Of a DNA stretch of 64,000 nucleotides, positions 1 through 9,913 are shown piece by piece. The position numbers and the translations under genes are program-made. Within the stretch, counting starts at the first letter, position 1. Each line of letters opens with the position of its first letter. Source of the stretch: a virus; IMG/VR virus record IMGVR_UViG_3300001199_000005, positions 88,879-152,878 of that record; one strand, written 5' to 3'. The notes under the pieces are model-generated. The model was given only the letters and a program-made list of their open reading frames with translations. It was not told the DNA's origin and searched no databases.

Positions 1-2
1 TA

Positions 3-185
3 ACAATTAGGCAAGAGCTACAATTTAAACCTATTATGTATGTTTATAGAGTAGATAAACTAGTGTTAGGGCCCAGTATGGAAAAAACAAAAGGGAATTT
101 AATTGGCATTAGATGCAGATGGTTTTCTGCTGATTTAGTCCTGCAAGAAGCTTCTTTTTCTACAAAAGATTTAGTACACGTATAA
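3..185 (+). CDS. 5'-truncated small protein, YodC/DUF2158-like
   Basis: Not in the ORF track. Frame 3 reads TIRQELQFKPIMYV...IGIRCRWFSADLVLQEASFSTKDLVHV*, with a P-x-M-x-V...C-x-W-F...F-x-x-x-x-L pattern. The stop lies 1 nt before the next ATG. Confidence 0.6.
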   Translation, partial: TIRQELQFKPIMYVYRVDKLVLGPSMEKTKGNLIGIRCRWFSADLVLQEASFSTKDLVHV

Positions 186-186
186 T

Positions 187-756
187 ATGGATTTTTTAGA
201 ATATAGCCTTGATACTGGTATTACCATAAAAGATTCTAATTATTTATTAGTGGCTGAGTTTAATGCTCTAGGCGCTGTTGAACGTAATAAATCTAAAGAT
301 GATAAAACTGGTACTAAGAGATATAGAATGTTGAAAGAACTAACATATATTTATATGCTAGAGCATTATAAATCGCCTTTTAGTAAAAGCCCGTTAAAGG
401 ATAGAGAAGAAGGTGCATTAGCTGCTATTGAGCACTTACCAGGATTTTTTGAACTTGATGAGGCTGTTGAAGCTGCGAGGAAGAAGTTCGTAGAACTTCA
501 GGATACCAAGTCTTTACAACTACTTAAAGCTGCCTATTACGCTGTTGACCAGGTAATAGGCTACTTTACTAAATTAGATTTGTCTAAATTAGATACTTTT
601 AATAAACCTATATACAATGCTAAAGATGTTATAACAAACATTGCTAATTCTAGTAAACTTATTGATGGTTTACAACAACTTGAAGATAGAGTTAAACAAG
701 ACTTATCTGTTAAATCAAGTTTGCGTTCAGATGCAGAAGGAGGATTTTTTGATTGA
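187..756 (+). CDS. Conserved crAss-like protein upstream of TerL (candidate terminase small subunit)
   Basis: 189 aa helical ORF with a TTGA overlap into terL. Function is inferred from position only. Confidence 0.45.
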   Translation: MDFLEYSLDTGITIKDSNYLLVAEFNALGAVERNKSKDDKTGTKRYRMLKELTYIYMLEHYKSPFSKSPLKDREEGALAAIEHLPGFFELDEAVEAARKKFVELQDTKSLQLLKAAYYAVDQVIGYFTKLDLSKLDTFNKPIYNAKDVITNIANSSKLIDGLQQLEDRVKQDLSVKSSLRSDAEGGFFD

Positions 757-2861
757 AGAAGATTAAATGGGATGTTACTGGAAAGAAAATTAAGTACTTT
801 GACCCGGAGTTGTCTTATGAGATAACCGGATACCGTCCTATTGCCCAAGATAAAAAGTTCAACCCGGATTGGTTCAGAGAAGCTGCTATTGAAAAGGATA
901 AGACTGGTAAGTACACTCCACTGATTCGGAATACTGTGTCTTGGGGAAAGTTTTGGATAGAAGAAAGAAGAAGATGTATAGACGGTTACGAGGTTAATGG
1001 TTATAGAATTACTGGACATCATTACTTTTTTCTAAATTATTATCCAATACCTTCTATTATTGAAGTCAATGGCAAGAAAAGAAGAGAAGTAACATTTCCT
1101 AGATTTATTGACGTTCAGTACGAATACTTCCACTATTTAGATTTATGCACTCATTTAAATAAGGACGCTTGCCTATTAAAAGCCCGTGGTCTAGGTTTCT
1201 CGCATATAGCAGCTGCTATTGGTGTAAATATTTATAACCATACAAGGGATTCAAGGTCTATGTTTACTGCCTTTGATGAGGATTACTTAATTAAGGAAGG
1301 CGTGCTATCTAAAGCTTGGGAAGCTTTAGATTACTTAAACCAAGGAACTGATGGCGCATTTAAACATTTACGTCAAAAAATAAATTCTAATTTCCATAAA
1401 AGAGCATCTAAAGTAGATAAATCTGGTGAAGAACTAAACTCTTCTTGGAAATCAGAAATTATAGGTCAAGTTGTGGATGAACCTAGAAAGCTTAGAGGAG
1501 CTCGTTGCGAAGTCGTATTCTTTGAAGAAGGAGGTGTTTATAGAAATTTAATTGATGCTTTTATTAAGGCAGAAGCTTTAGTTGAAGTACTCGGCGATAA
1601 GTTTGGGCTAAGAGTTGTTTGGGGTACTGGTGGTGAAGGTGGTGCTTTTATCGAAGGTTTAGAGAAAATATATCTATCACCCGAAAGTTATAATATATTA
1701 CCTCTAAGACATAACCATACTACAACTAAAGAATATGTTTACACTTCATTCTTTATACCAGCTTATAGAATGGTGGCTGAGTTCATGGATTATAGAGGTA
1801 TAACAGATGAAATAAAAGCCAGAGAATATTATGATGCTAAGAGAATTACATATAAAAATAAACCACTTGACTTGGCTATGCACGTTGCTGAGTATTGTTA
1901 TACGGCGGAAGAAGCTCTTTCACAAAGAGGAAATACAATATTTAATAAAGCTAAGCTGCTAGCTCAAGAAGTAGAAGTAAAAATTAATAAAACTACACCT
2001 GCTCCTGAAGTTGGTAGGCTCGAATGGGAATATATTGATAATACTAAAAAGGTAAAAGGCGTTAAGTTTATACCAGACCCTTCTGGAAAAGTACTCATTG
2101 TAGAACACCCACTCAAAGAAAACGGTGCGTCAGTTGAGAATCTATATGTGTCTGGTATTGACTCTATTGATGCGGGTGCAGAAGCTACTGTTGTAGGTGA
2201 TGACGGTTCTAAGTTTTGTCAAGTAGTTAAAAAAAGAACCTACGGGTTAAGTGGAGATAAGTATGTTTGTCTTTACTTAGATAGACCTGACGACGAAAGG
2301 GACTGTTATGATACATCATTAAAGATACTACATTATTACTCTTGTTTAGCTAACCTAGAAGATACAAAACGCTCAATAATTGGCTATTTTAGAGATAGGG
2401 GGCAATATTGGAGATTGATTAAAAGACCAACTATTGCTACCGCAAGCGCTGAAGCAAAGCAGCGTTCTAATTTAATTGGTACACCAGGCTCAACTAAAAT
2501 TATACATCATCAGAATGACTTAACGAAGGCTTATGTTGAAGATTTCTCTCAAAATATATATTTTGAGATAATGTTACAACAATTACTTAACTATTCCTTT
2601 GAAAATAAGTCAAAATTCGATATAGTTGCAGCTATGGGTATGGCTGAGATATATGATGAAGACATTACCGGTGTTACACCCATACCTTCAACTAAACTTG
2701 ATGATGAATGGGTTGATGTTGGGTACTATACAGATTCTAGTGGAATTAGAAGATACGGACCAATTCCAAAAAATCTTAATATTCATAATTTATCAAAAAG
2801 TCCAGAAGCACCGATTAAATTTGTAGACTTATTAGAAAATAAAATCGAATATGAATGGTAG
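753..2861 (+). CDS. terL: Terminase large subunit
   Basis: Walker A-like KARGLGFS, Walker B VVFFEEGG, coupling motif GTGG, RNase H nuclease GIDSID and C-terminal KFDIVAAMG. No intein or intron visible. Confidence 0.93.
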   Translation: MKKIKWDVTGKKIKYFDPELSYEITGYRPIAQDKKFNPDWFREAAIEKDKTGKYTPLIRNTVSWGKFWIEERRRCIDGYEVNGYRITGHHYFFLNYYPIPSIIEVNGKKRREVTFPRFIDVQYEYFHYLDLCTHLNKDACLLKARGLGFSHIAAAIGVNIYNHTRDSRSMFTAFDEDYLIKEGVLSKAWEALDYLNQGTDGAFKHLRQKINSNFHKRASKVDKSGEELNSSWKSEIIGQVVDEPRKLRGARCEVVFFEEGGVYRNLIDAFIKAEALVEVLGDKFGLRVVWGTGGEGGAFIEGLEKIYLSPESYNILPLRHNHTTTKEYVYTSFFIPAYRMVAEFMDYRGITDEIKAREYYDAKRITYKNKPLDLAMHVAEYCYTAEEALSQRGNTIFNKAKLLAQEVEVKINKTTPAPEVGRLEWEYIDNTKKVKGVKFIPDPSGKVLIVEHPLKENGASVENLYVSGIDSIDAGAEATVVGDDGSKFCQVVKKRTYGLSGDKYVCLYLDRPDDERDCYDTSLKILHYYSCLANLEDTKRSIIGYFRDRGQYWRLIKRPTIATASAEAKQRSNLIGTPGSTKIIHHQNDLTKAYVEDFSQNIYFEIMLQQLLNYSFENKSKFDIVAAMGMAEIYDEDITGVTPIPSTKLDDEWVDVGYYTDSSGIRRYGPIPKNLNIHNLSKSPEAPIKFVDLLENKIEYEW

Positions 2862-3181
2862 AAATTGAAGAAGCTTTAGCAGAACTGTATTTAAAAACAT
2901 TAGGGTATGTACCTGAAATAAAGATTGACCATAAAGAATATGTAGTCGAAGGTTATTCTTATTTCAATACAAAGTTATTTTATACATTGTATACTGATAG
3001 ACCAATTTCATCTGCACAACAAATAGAAGGTACAGATTTAGAAGTTACTAGACCTATTTATATTGAAAGATTATTAGAAGATGTGCAAGAAAGAGCTCTT
3101 CAATTCATAAGGACACTACCAATTCAAAAAATAAATGAACTTACTACCAATATAATTGGTGATACCACAAAATTAAGATGA
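2855..3181 (+). CDS. Hypothetical protein between terL and portal
   Basis: 108 aa ORF overlapping both neighbours. Confidence 0.7.
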   Translation: MVEIEEALAELYLKTLGYVPEIKIDHKEYVVEGYSYFNTKLFYTLYTDRPISSAQQIEGTDLEVTRPIYIERLLEDVQERALQFIRTLPIQKINELTTNIIGDTTKLR

Positions 3182-5445
3182 TTCGTCGAACCATACCAAA
3201 ATTAGAAATATCAGACTTAGTGCCTGAAAAAGATAAAATGAACCCAGACTATTTAATGGCTGTGGCAGATTATCATATTAATAATTATAGAGAGCAAAAA
3301 ACTGATTTAGAAACTACGTATAATTACTATAATGGAATTTTAGATAAAGAACGTTATAAGTATTTAGAAAATAACTACGGTATCGGTAATCCCGCTTCAA
3401 TAGAATTTGTTCCTTTGATTCGAAAACATGTAGACGCTTTAATAGGTGAATTACTGAGGGAACCAATTGACCCGCGTATTACTTGTAGCAATCGTGAGGC
3501 GTTAGATTTCATAGAAAACGAAAAAAAGATTCAAATTCTTGACCAATATATTGAGCTAATTACAAAGCAGTTCAAGGAAAATATGGAGAGCTTGAAGCAT
3601 GGAAAAAAAGCAAAAGAATTACTTACCGTAGAACAACTGGCAAAAATAGGTAAAGATATAGAGACAACCTGGAAGTCTTCTTTAGAAATTTCAGCTCAAT
3701 ACTTACTAGAATATTTTAAACAAAGCAGAGATTTAGGTCTTAGAGATAAACTAAAGACTATGTTCTTTGACCTCCTTGTTTCAGGCTCTTGTTATTATAG
3801 GGTATATGTAGCACATTTAGGCGAAGACCCTATTCTTGAAGTAGTTAACCCCCTCGATATTTTTTATTCTAAGAACACAAATAAGACTTTTTTACGTGAA
3901 TGCTCATCAGTAGTCCATAGAACTTACCTCACTAGACAAGAAATTCTTAATAGGTATGGACATCAAATGACTGAGGAAGAAAAACTATTGCTTTTTGGTA
4001 ATGAGATAGCAGTAACATCAGGCGTAGCTAGATTTACAGTAAATAAAACGTCAAGAGAAGGGAGCTATTTAGTATCAAATCTTGGTACTACTGTTGACGA
4101 TTTTAGACCTGGGTATTTAGGTGATAACGAATATATCGAAGTTAACCATGTTGAATTCATGGCTAACAATAAAGTAATTCTTGAATCGCCAGATGAAGGT
4201 ACAGTTAAATCCAAAACTAAAAATAATAAAGAAAGATATAGATTAGACAGATATGAGGTAACTAAAATAGGTGCATATTACTACGTAAATATGGGTAAAT
4301 CAAATTATATCACAAGGCCTCTTGATAAACCATATATGGCATACTTAAGCTATAATGGTATATCAGTTACTGATAGAAACGGTTTTCCATTCTCTCTTGT
4401 AACATCGTTAATGCATCTACAAGATAAATTTAATTTACTTCATTTTTATAGGGATAACATGATAGCGAATGCTAACATACCAGGCCCAATCATAGACGTG
4501 GCGGCAATGCCGACATTTTTAGGTAAATCAGCTTCAGAGAGATTATTAAAATGGCAAGGATATGCCAAGAATGGTCTATACCTAATCAATTCGGCACAAC
4601 AAGGCCAATCACATATCAATACAATATATGGTGGTATGCAGGCTACAATGGATGCGGAAGCATTAGCTGCTATAAACGGCACAATACAATTAATTGAACA
4701 AACAGCATCATCTATTACAGGAGTTTTCAGAGAAAGACTAGGTGGTATAGAGCAAAAGGATGCAGTCACTAATGTAAAAGTGGGTATTGACCAATCTTAT
4801 ATTGTTACTAAACCTTTATTTATCCTTATGGATGAGATAAAGAGAGAATTATTAACAGATTTACTTAATATTGGTAAAACTACGTATAAGAAAGGCAAGA
4901 AAGGCTCGATTCTTTTAGGCGGGATGCAAAAAATATTCCAAATTGAACCAACATCTTTCCAACTTGCAGATTATGATGTCCATATTGTTGAATCTGGAGA
5001 GTTACTAAAAGAAATGTCTACAATAGAAGCTATTACGATGGAACTTGTAAAAGCACAATCTGTTGATATAGATGTAGTTCTTACAATTCTTGGCTCTAAA
5101 TCACTTACAGAAGTTAAAAACAAACTATCAGATAAACTGAAAGAAGACAAGAATAATAACATTAAGCAACTAATTCAACAAGCGGAACAATTAGAAGCTG
5201 AACTTAAGAAAGCACAATCTGAATTAAATTCAATTGACAATAGTAAAGTAGCTAATGATAAGGCAAGACTAGACCTTGACAGGCAAAGACTCGAAATGGA
5301 GCATAAGTCCAAAACAAGGGAGTTGGAATTAAAAGAAAGAATAGAGAATCAGAAAATAAATGAAATAAGTAAGAGGACAGAAATAGAAAAACTTGAAGCT
5401 CTATATAGTAAAACTGCAACTGAAGTTGAAAATTTAGATATATGA
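3178..5445 (+). CDS. Portal protein
   Basis: 755 aa ORF after TerL with YNYYNG, PLIRKHVDALIGE and SITGVFRERLG motifs and a C-terminal coiled coil, as in crAss/P22-like portals. Confidence 0.9.
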   Translation: MIRRTIPKLEISDLVPEKDKMNPDYLMAVADYHINNYREQKTDLETTYNYYNGILDKERYKYLENNYGIGNPASIEFVPLIRKHVDALIGELLREPIDPRITCSNREALDFIENEKKIQILDQYIELITKQFKENMESLKHGKKAKELLTVEQLAKIGKDIETTWKSSLEISAQYLLEYFKQSRDLGLRDKLKTMFFDLLVSGSCYYRVYVAHLGEDPILEVVNPLDIFYSKNTNKTFLRECSSVVHRTYLTRQEILNRYGHQMTEEEKLLLFGNEIAVTSGVARFTVNKTSREGSYLVSNLGTTVDDFRPGYLGDNEYIEVNHVEFMANNKVILESPDEGTVKSKTKNNKERYRLDRYEVTKIGAYYYVNMGKSNYITRPLDKPYMAYLSYNGISVTDRNGFPFSLVTSLMHLQDKFNLLHFYRDNMIANANIPGPIIDVAAMPTFLGKSASERLLKWQGYAKNGLYLINSAQQGQSHINTIYGGMQATMDAEALAAINGTIQLIEQTASSITGVFRERLGGIEQKDAVTNVKVGIDQSYIVTKPLFILMDEIKRELLTDLLNIGKTTYKKGKKGSILLGGMQKIFQIEPTSFQLADYDVHIVESGELLKEMSTIEAITMELVKAQSVDIDVVLTILGSKSLTEVKNKLSDKLKEDKNNNIKQLIQQAEQLEAELKKAQSELNSIDNSKVANDKARLDLDRQRLEMEHKSKTRELELKERIENQKINEISKRTEIEKLEALYSKTATEVENLDI

Positions 5446-5732
5446 GAGTTGTCAAAGTAGGTGATATAGAAGTTAAAGTACCAAAAAGGTATCAAGATAA
5501 GGTAAAAGCTGAGAAGTTAATATCTAAATTGAGAAAAGGAGAGGAAATCCCTGAAAAACCTAAGACTATAAGGGAAAATAATATGCTAATACCTATACAA
5601 ATTGACAAAAAAACAACGTATTTTGTAAGAGAATCCAAACTATATACAAATAAATGGCTTCAATACTTCGCTAACGAAGAAGAATTAGAAGCCTACATAC
5701 TAAAATATAAAAACGAAAATGGCATTAATTAA
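5442..5732 (+). CDS. Small basic hypothetical protein
   Basis: 96 aa, Lys-rich, ATGA-coupled to portal. Confidence 0.65.
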   Translation: MRVVKVGDIEVKVPKRYQDKVKAEKLISKLRKGEEIPEKPKTIRENNMLIPIQIDKKTTYFVRESKLYTNKWLQYFANEEELEAYILKYKNENGIN

Positions 5733-6465
5733 TATAAGCGAGTTAGAGTGGGAAATTGAAACATGCAGTACTGTAGAAATAGATGATACAGTAGCTTCGG
5801 CAGGATATGTAACTGTATTTGATAACCCAGTAAAAAAACTAGTAGTATTTAGAAACTTCTTCGGAGCATCAGAAGAACTACAACGAGAGGTGTTCTTTGA
5901 ATCAGATTTAACTGAATTAGCTGCTAATACATGGACACAAGCAGTTGAAAAGGATAGTTGGTATTCAGTTTATTTATTTATTCTAGATACAACACCTGAT
6001 GTTGATTCACCAGCAACAATAAATGTTGGAGAAATAGTATACTTTGGCGGGATAATAGGAAATTTCTATGTAGCGTTAACAAAAGATGCTGGAACAAACC
6101 CTCTTACTCCAGAGCAAGAGGATTGGGCTATTGCAACTGCTGAAGATTGGGCTAACTTTTATACTTTATTATTTACAGTAGAAGCAGTTTATGCCTTTAC
6201 TAAAATACCTGATTTTGGTTATGTAGATGAAAAAATTGATTGCCATGCATTAGATTGTGAAAGAGATGCGTTTATTGCAGTACCATGTGATTGTAAATGT
6301 GATAGTAAAGCTGTAAGAACTGGTATTGATTTCTGGATGCAAATATTTCAATATTATGAAGCAGCACAAATAAGATGGGCAGAGAATAATACTTCTGCAT
6401 TCCAAAAACTTATTGAGTCTGCAGAAAGAATTTGTTCATGTGGTACAACTAACTGTAATTGCTAA
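5719..6465 (+). CDS. Cys-rich virion protein, probable tail hub / fibre-attachment protein
   Basis: 248 aa with a Cys-rich C-terminus (PCDCKC...ICSCGTTNCNC), as recalled for crAss-like tail hub proteins. Precedes the fibre-like genes. Confidence 0.5.
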   Translation: MALINISELEWEIETCSTVEIDDTVASAGYVTVFDNPVKKLVVFRNFFGASEELQREVFFESDLTELAANTWTQAVEKDSWYSVYLFILDTTPDVDSPATINVGEIVYFGGIIGNFYVALTKDAGTNPLTPEQEDWAIATAEDWANFYTLLFTVEAVYAFTKIPDFGYVDEKIDCHALDCERDAFIAVPCDCKCDSKAVRTGIDFWMQIFQYYEAAQIRWAENNTSAFQKLIESAERICSCGTTNCNC

Positions 6466-8423
6466 TGGCTAGTACATATCCATATTCACCAATATACACA
6501 TATCTATTACTACTAAAAATACGAGCTGTCCTAGTTTCAGTTACAGAGAAAGCTGCATTATATCAAAGTATAGGCAACACTACTCTAGCAGATAGTTATT
6601 TTTATAAAGCTGCGTATCTAACAGGTGTTATAAGATGTTTTAATACCTATACAGGGCTGACCAGAGAAGATTTAATAAAGATTGTAGATTGTGCTATTAA
6701 TATAACAGGTGTTGAAGAAAGCACATTATGGGTAGATATTAAAGACTATTTAGTAATCAACCCACCACCAATTCCTTTACCAGATGCACCAGTTCTTTCT
6801 ATTAGCCTAGAAATGGTTGGTACTCAACCAGTTAGGAGATTATCTTGGACTCAAAGTATATCAGGTGAGCAGCAACCAATTCAAAACTTTATATTATATA
6901 GAAGTATAGACGGTGCAGCATTTACTACAATAAATCCATCTATATTACCAACTGCGACTGCTTTTGATGACTACTCAATGTCACAAGGGCTTGAATATCA
7001 ATACTATTTAGTTGCAAAAGATATAGCTTTACAGTTATCGCCTGACTCTAATATAGTAAGCTTAACAGTAACATCTCTAAGTTTCGATATTGGCTCGGCT
7101 GCGACAAATTTTAAATTTAATTTTATTGGTCATACAGGCAAACTAATAACAAATGTAGGAGGTTCTATAACATCTTACGCAAGCTACACAGGAGGTTTAA
7201 CAACTCAAGTTATTACTTCAGGAACAGTACCAACAGTTGTTTATTTAACAGGTGCGTCCACTGTAACTTCAGTAAAATTATTAGGTAAAATACCTATCCT
7301 TAATATTCATTATAATGGAGCTACCAAGATATTCCCAGCAGTTACAACTTATGATTATTCAGATAATAGATTAACACAAACAAATTTAGACTTTACTGAT
7401 ACATTTGTTACTGATATAAATTTAGAGAATAATGCGTTTACAGCGGGCAGTCAATATACTATGGTGCAAGCTTCTTATGTTGGTTTAAATCTTAATTTAC
7501 TGCTTCAAACAGACGGGACAAACTTTATCCCAGCAAATATAGATGTTTACGATGATTTTACATCTAAAGTAGACTCGGGTGGAACAGTGTTAGTTAGTCT
7601 TGGTTATACATTAGTTACAACTAAAAATGGAACATTTAATGTTACAATAGTTTCAGAAGCTGCCACCTATAATTATTATAGGCATGTTATTCAATCGACA
7701 TTGATAAGCTCTGATGCAGCTTCTATATCAACTCCATTAACAGGTCTAACTGTATCTTATAAATTATTCTACCCTTCTAATAACACACCTGTTTCGATTA
7801 CTGCTAATAATGCTGGACTTGGAAGCTCAACTCCGTTTACATTTTATGTAAACACACTGCCGCCGCTGTTAAATACATTTACAGGAAATGAAAATAATTA
7901 CCAAGCAATAGATATTAATAATCCAAGGGTAAGTTTGACAAACGTCAATCTAAATAAAAATAAAATCAATAATGCTAATCAAGCAGATTTTATTGGTGAA
8001 ATATTATCTGGAGCAAATACAATAACATATGATATTAGAGGACAATTTAGTAATAATACTTACCATTGGTTCTCATTCGCACTTTATAACTCATTAGTTT
8101 CAGCAAGTCAAGATAACTTAATAATAGGCTCAGTGAGCTATCAACTATTATCACAAAAAGGGGCTGGTGATGGTATTGATATTATATGGAATGTAACTAC
8201 CCCTGACCCAACTTTTACCTACTTTATACTTTCAAATACAGTATCTTTGTTAGATGAACTTATAAATACTGGCACTACCGGAGATATAGATGTTGGTGTT
8301 TACTCAGGAGATAATTTGTACGGGTTACCAGAAACAATATTTAAGTTAATTTATACTTCAAATAATCAGATTACTTCATACACTTTAAATAATGCCGATA
8401 TAACTGGCACAATACCAACATGA
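6465..8423 (+). CDS. Tail fibre/adhesin-like protein: helical attachment domain, FN3 domain and beta-sandwich/LRR repeats
   Basis: Likely start is ATG 6465 (TAATG overlap) rather than TTG 6459. FN3 pattern PDAPVL...LSW...FILYRS...FDD...YQYYLVA at about 6780-7070. LRR-like units YDYSDNRLT, INLENNAFT and VNLNKNKIN. Confidence 0.65.
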   Translation: MASTYPYSPIYTYLLLLKIRAVLVSVTEKAALYQSIGNTTLADSYFYKAAYLTGVIRCFNTYTGLTREDLIKIVDCAINITGVEESTLWVDIKDYLVINPPPIPLPDAPVLSISLEMVGTQPVRRLSWTQSISGEQQPIQNFILYRSIDGAAFTTINPSILPTATAFDDYSMSQGLEYQYYLVAKDIALQLSPDSNIVSLTVTSLSFDIGSAATNFKFNFIGHTGKLITNVGGSITSYASYTGGLTTQVITSGTVPTVVYLTGASTVTSVKLLGKIPILNIHYNGATKIFPAVTTYDYSDNRLTQTNLDFTDTFVTDINLENNAFTAGSQYTMVQASYVGLNLNLLLQTDGTNFIPANIDVYDDFTSKVDSGGTVLVSLGYTLVTTKNGTFNVTIVSEAATYNYYRHVIQSTLISSDAASISTPLTGLTVSYKLFYPSNNTPVSITANNAGLGSSTPFTFYVNTLPPLLNTFTGNENNYQAIDINNPRVSLTNVNLNKNKINNANQADFIGEILSGANTITYDIRGQFSNNTYHWFSFALYNSLVSASQDNLIIGSVSYQLLSQKGAGDGIDIIWNVTTPDPTFTYFILSNTVSLLDELINTGTTGDIDVGVYSGDNLYGLPETIFKLIYTSNNQITSYTLNNADITGTIPT

Positions 8424-9913
8424 TAGATTTAGCAAACCTAAGTGCTTGTACATACATAAACTTATCATCTAATCTAATAACAAGTGTAAGTAATAAGCCT
8501 ACCAATACAGATTTAGACATTTATGAGAATAGACTAAATTTAACACAACAATTAGCATTAATTGCTATTGGTGATGGGTCTACTATAAACTTCTATGACC
8601 AAAAAGATTCGCTAGGTAATTATGTACCACTTAGTATGACGACGTGGGCAACAATGCCTTCAACTAGAGTAGGAACTGTTAGTAATGATTTTATATCTAC
8701 TAAGGATTCAAATACAGTAACTTTTGATTTAAAAGATGGTTCAAATGTTACTATACCGCATAAAAGATTAACAGTTACAGATTTTGGTGGAACTTCTGAG
8801 GAGGTTTTCGATACTACTACAACCACTGTTAATGTTTCTCATAGCGTCCCAACCAGTTGGCAATTTAGAGTTCAATTCCGTTCAAATGATGTAGTAAAAA
8901 CATTTACATTAAATAATGCGCAGATAACTTCAACACCCACATTTACTCATTTTCCAGATTTAAGAACATTAAATTTAAAATCTAATGGGGCTGATTTAGA
9001 GTTAACTCTTTCAGGCTCTTTCAGCACTCCTATTATTATAGGGAACTGGATTAAGAATGCTAACGTTGCAATTGATGTTGCTAATTCATTATTCCTAAGA
9101 CAAGATAGTGATGGTTTTATTTTCCATATTGAAGAAGTTAATGGGGTCGATACTAGTGCCGCAAGAACAGTTAAAATAGATACAGTTTTAGTAGATGTTG
9201 GTGTTTTAGACTCAGTGTTTACATCTATAACTGCTTTAGCAGCTAAGAATGTTATTATTACAACCTCCTCATTCTACTTATTTGAAGTTAAGTTTAGTAC
9301 AAATGCTCAAACAGTGGATTTTAGTTTTGTTGGTGGAGCTGGCGGTAGTCCGTTAATTGTAGAAGAAATAGCTGGAGAGTATTTTAATAGAGGAGATGGA
9401 CAAAACTTTGTAACTAATACTAGTCCAGCTTCAACATTTAGAATCTATCACTCCGATTATGATACAGTAACTCAATTTTTATTTAATGATTGTTATTTAA
9501 AATATATTAGAATAGCAACAGATACTATACTAGGCGATTTTTCTGGAGTACCGACTTTCAAATATATTAGTTTGAAGAATAATGAAATTGAAACACCTTT
9601 AGGACCATCAATAGGTTGGAATACTGTAAGTTTAAGAACTTCGACATCGTTAAAGAAATGGGTTATTAATTTAGAAAATGCTTTTAATTCAGACCCATTA
9701 AGTATTCAAGATACTTTAGAAAACTTCTCTGCTATTACATTAACTTCTGGAGTACATGGATTAAACGAAGTTCACCTTGATTATCCAGTAATGAATTTGA
9801 ACGACTACAAAAACTTAGAGCCAAATACATTAGAAAGGGTAGTTTCATTAGTTGAAACTGCTAACTGGAAAACTGATGCAATATTACTTAATACACAACC
9901 AATATTTATATGA
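8420..9913 (+). CDS. LRR/beta-sandwich repeat fibre-like protein (continues the repeat array of the upstream gene)
   Basis: LRR-like units INLSSNLIT, DIYENRLN, LRTLNLKSN and ISLKNNEIE; T/S/N-rich; ATGA overlap. Confidence 0.6.
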   Translation: MIDLANLSACTYINLSSNLITSVSNKPTNTDLDIYENRLNLTQQLALIAIGDGSTINFYDQKDSLGNYVPLSMTTWATMPSTRVGTVSNDFISTKDSNTVTFDLKDGSNVTIPHKRLTVTDFGGTSEEVFDTTTTTVNVSHSVPTSWQFRVQFRSNDVVKTFTLNNAQITSTPTFTHFPDLRTLNLKSNGADLELTLSGSFSTPIIIGNWIKNANVAIDVANSLFLRQDSDGFIFHIEEVNGVDTSAARTVKIDTVLVDVGVLDSVFTSITALAAKNVIITTSSFYLFEVKFSTNAQTVDFSFVGGAGGSPLIVEEIAGEYFNRGDGQNFVTNTSPASTFRIYHSDYDTVTQFLFNDCYLKYIRIATDTILGDFSGVPTFKYISLKNNEIETPLGPSIGWNTVSLRTSTSLKKWVINLENAFNSDPLSIQDTLENFSAITLTSGVHGLNEVHLDYPVMNLNDYKNLEPNTLERVVSLVETANWKTDAILLNTQPIFI

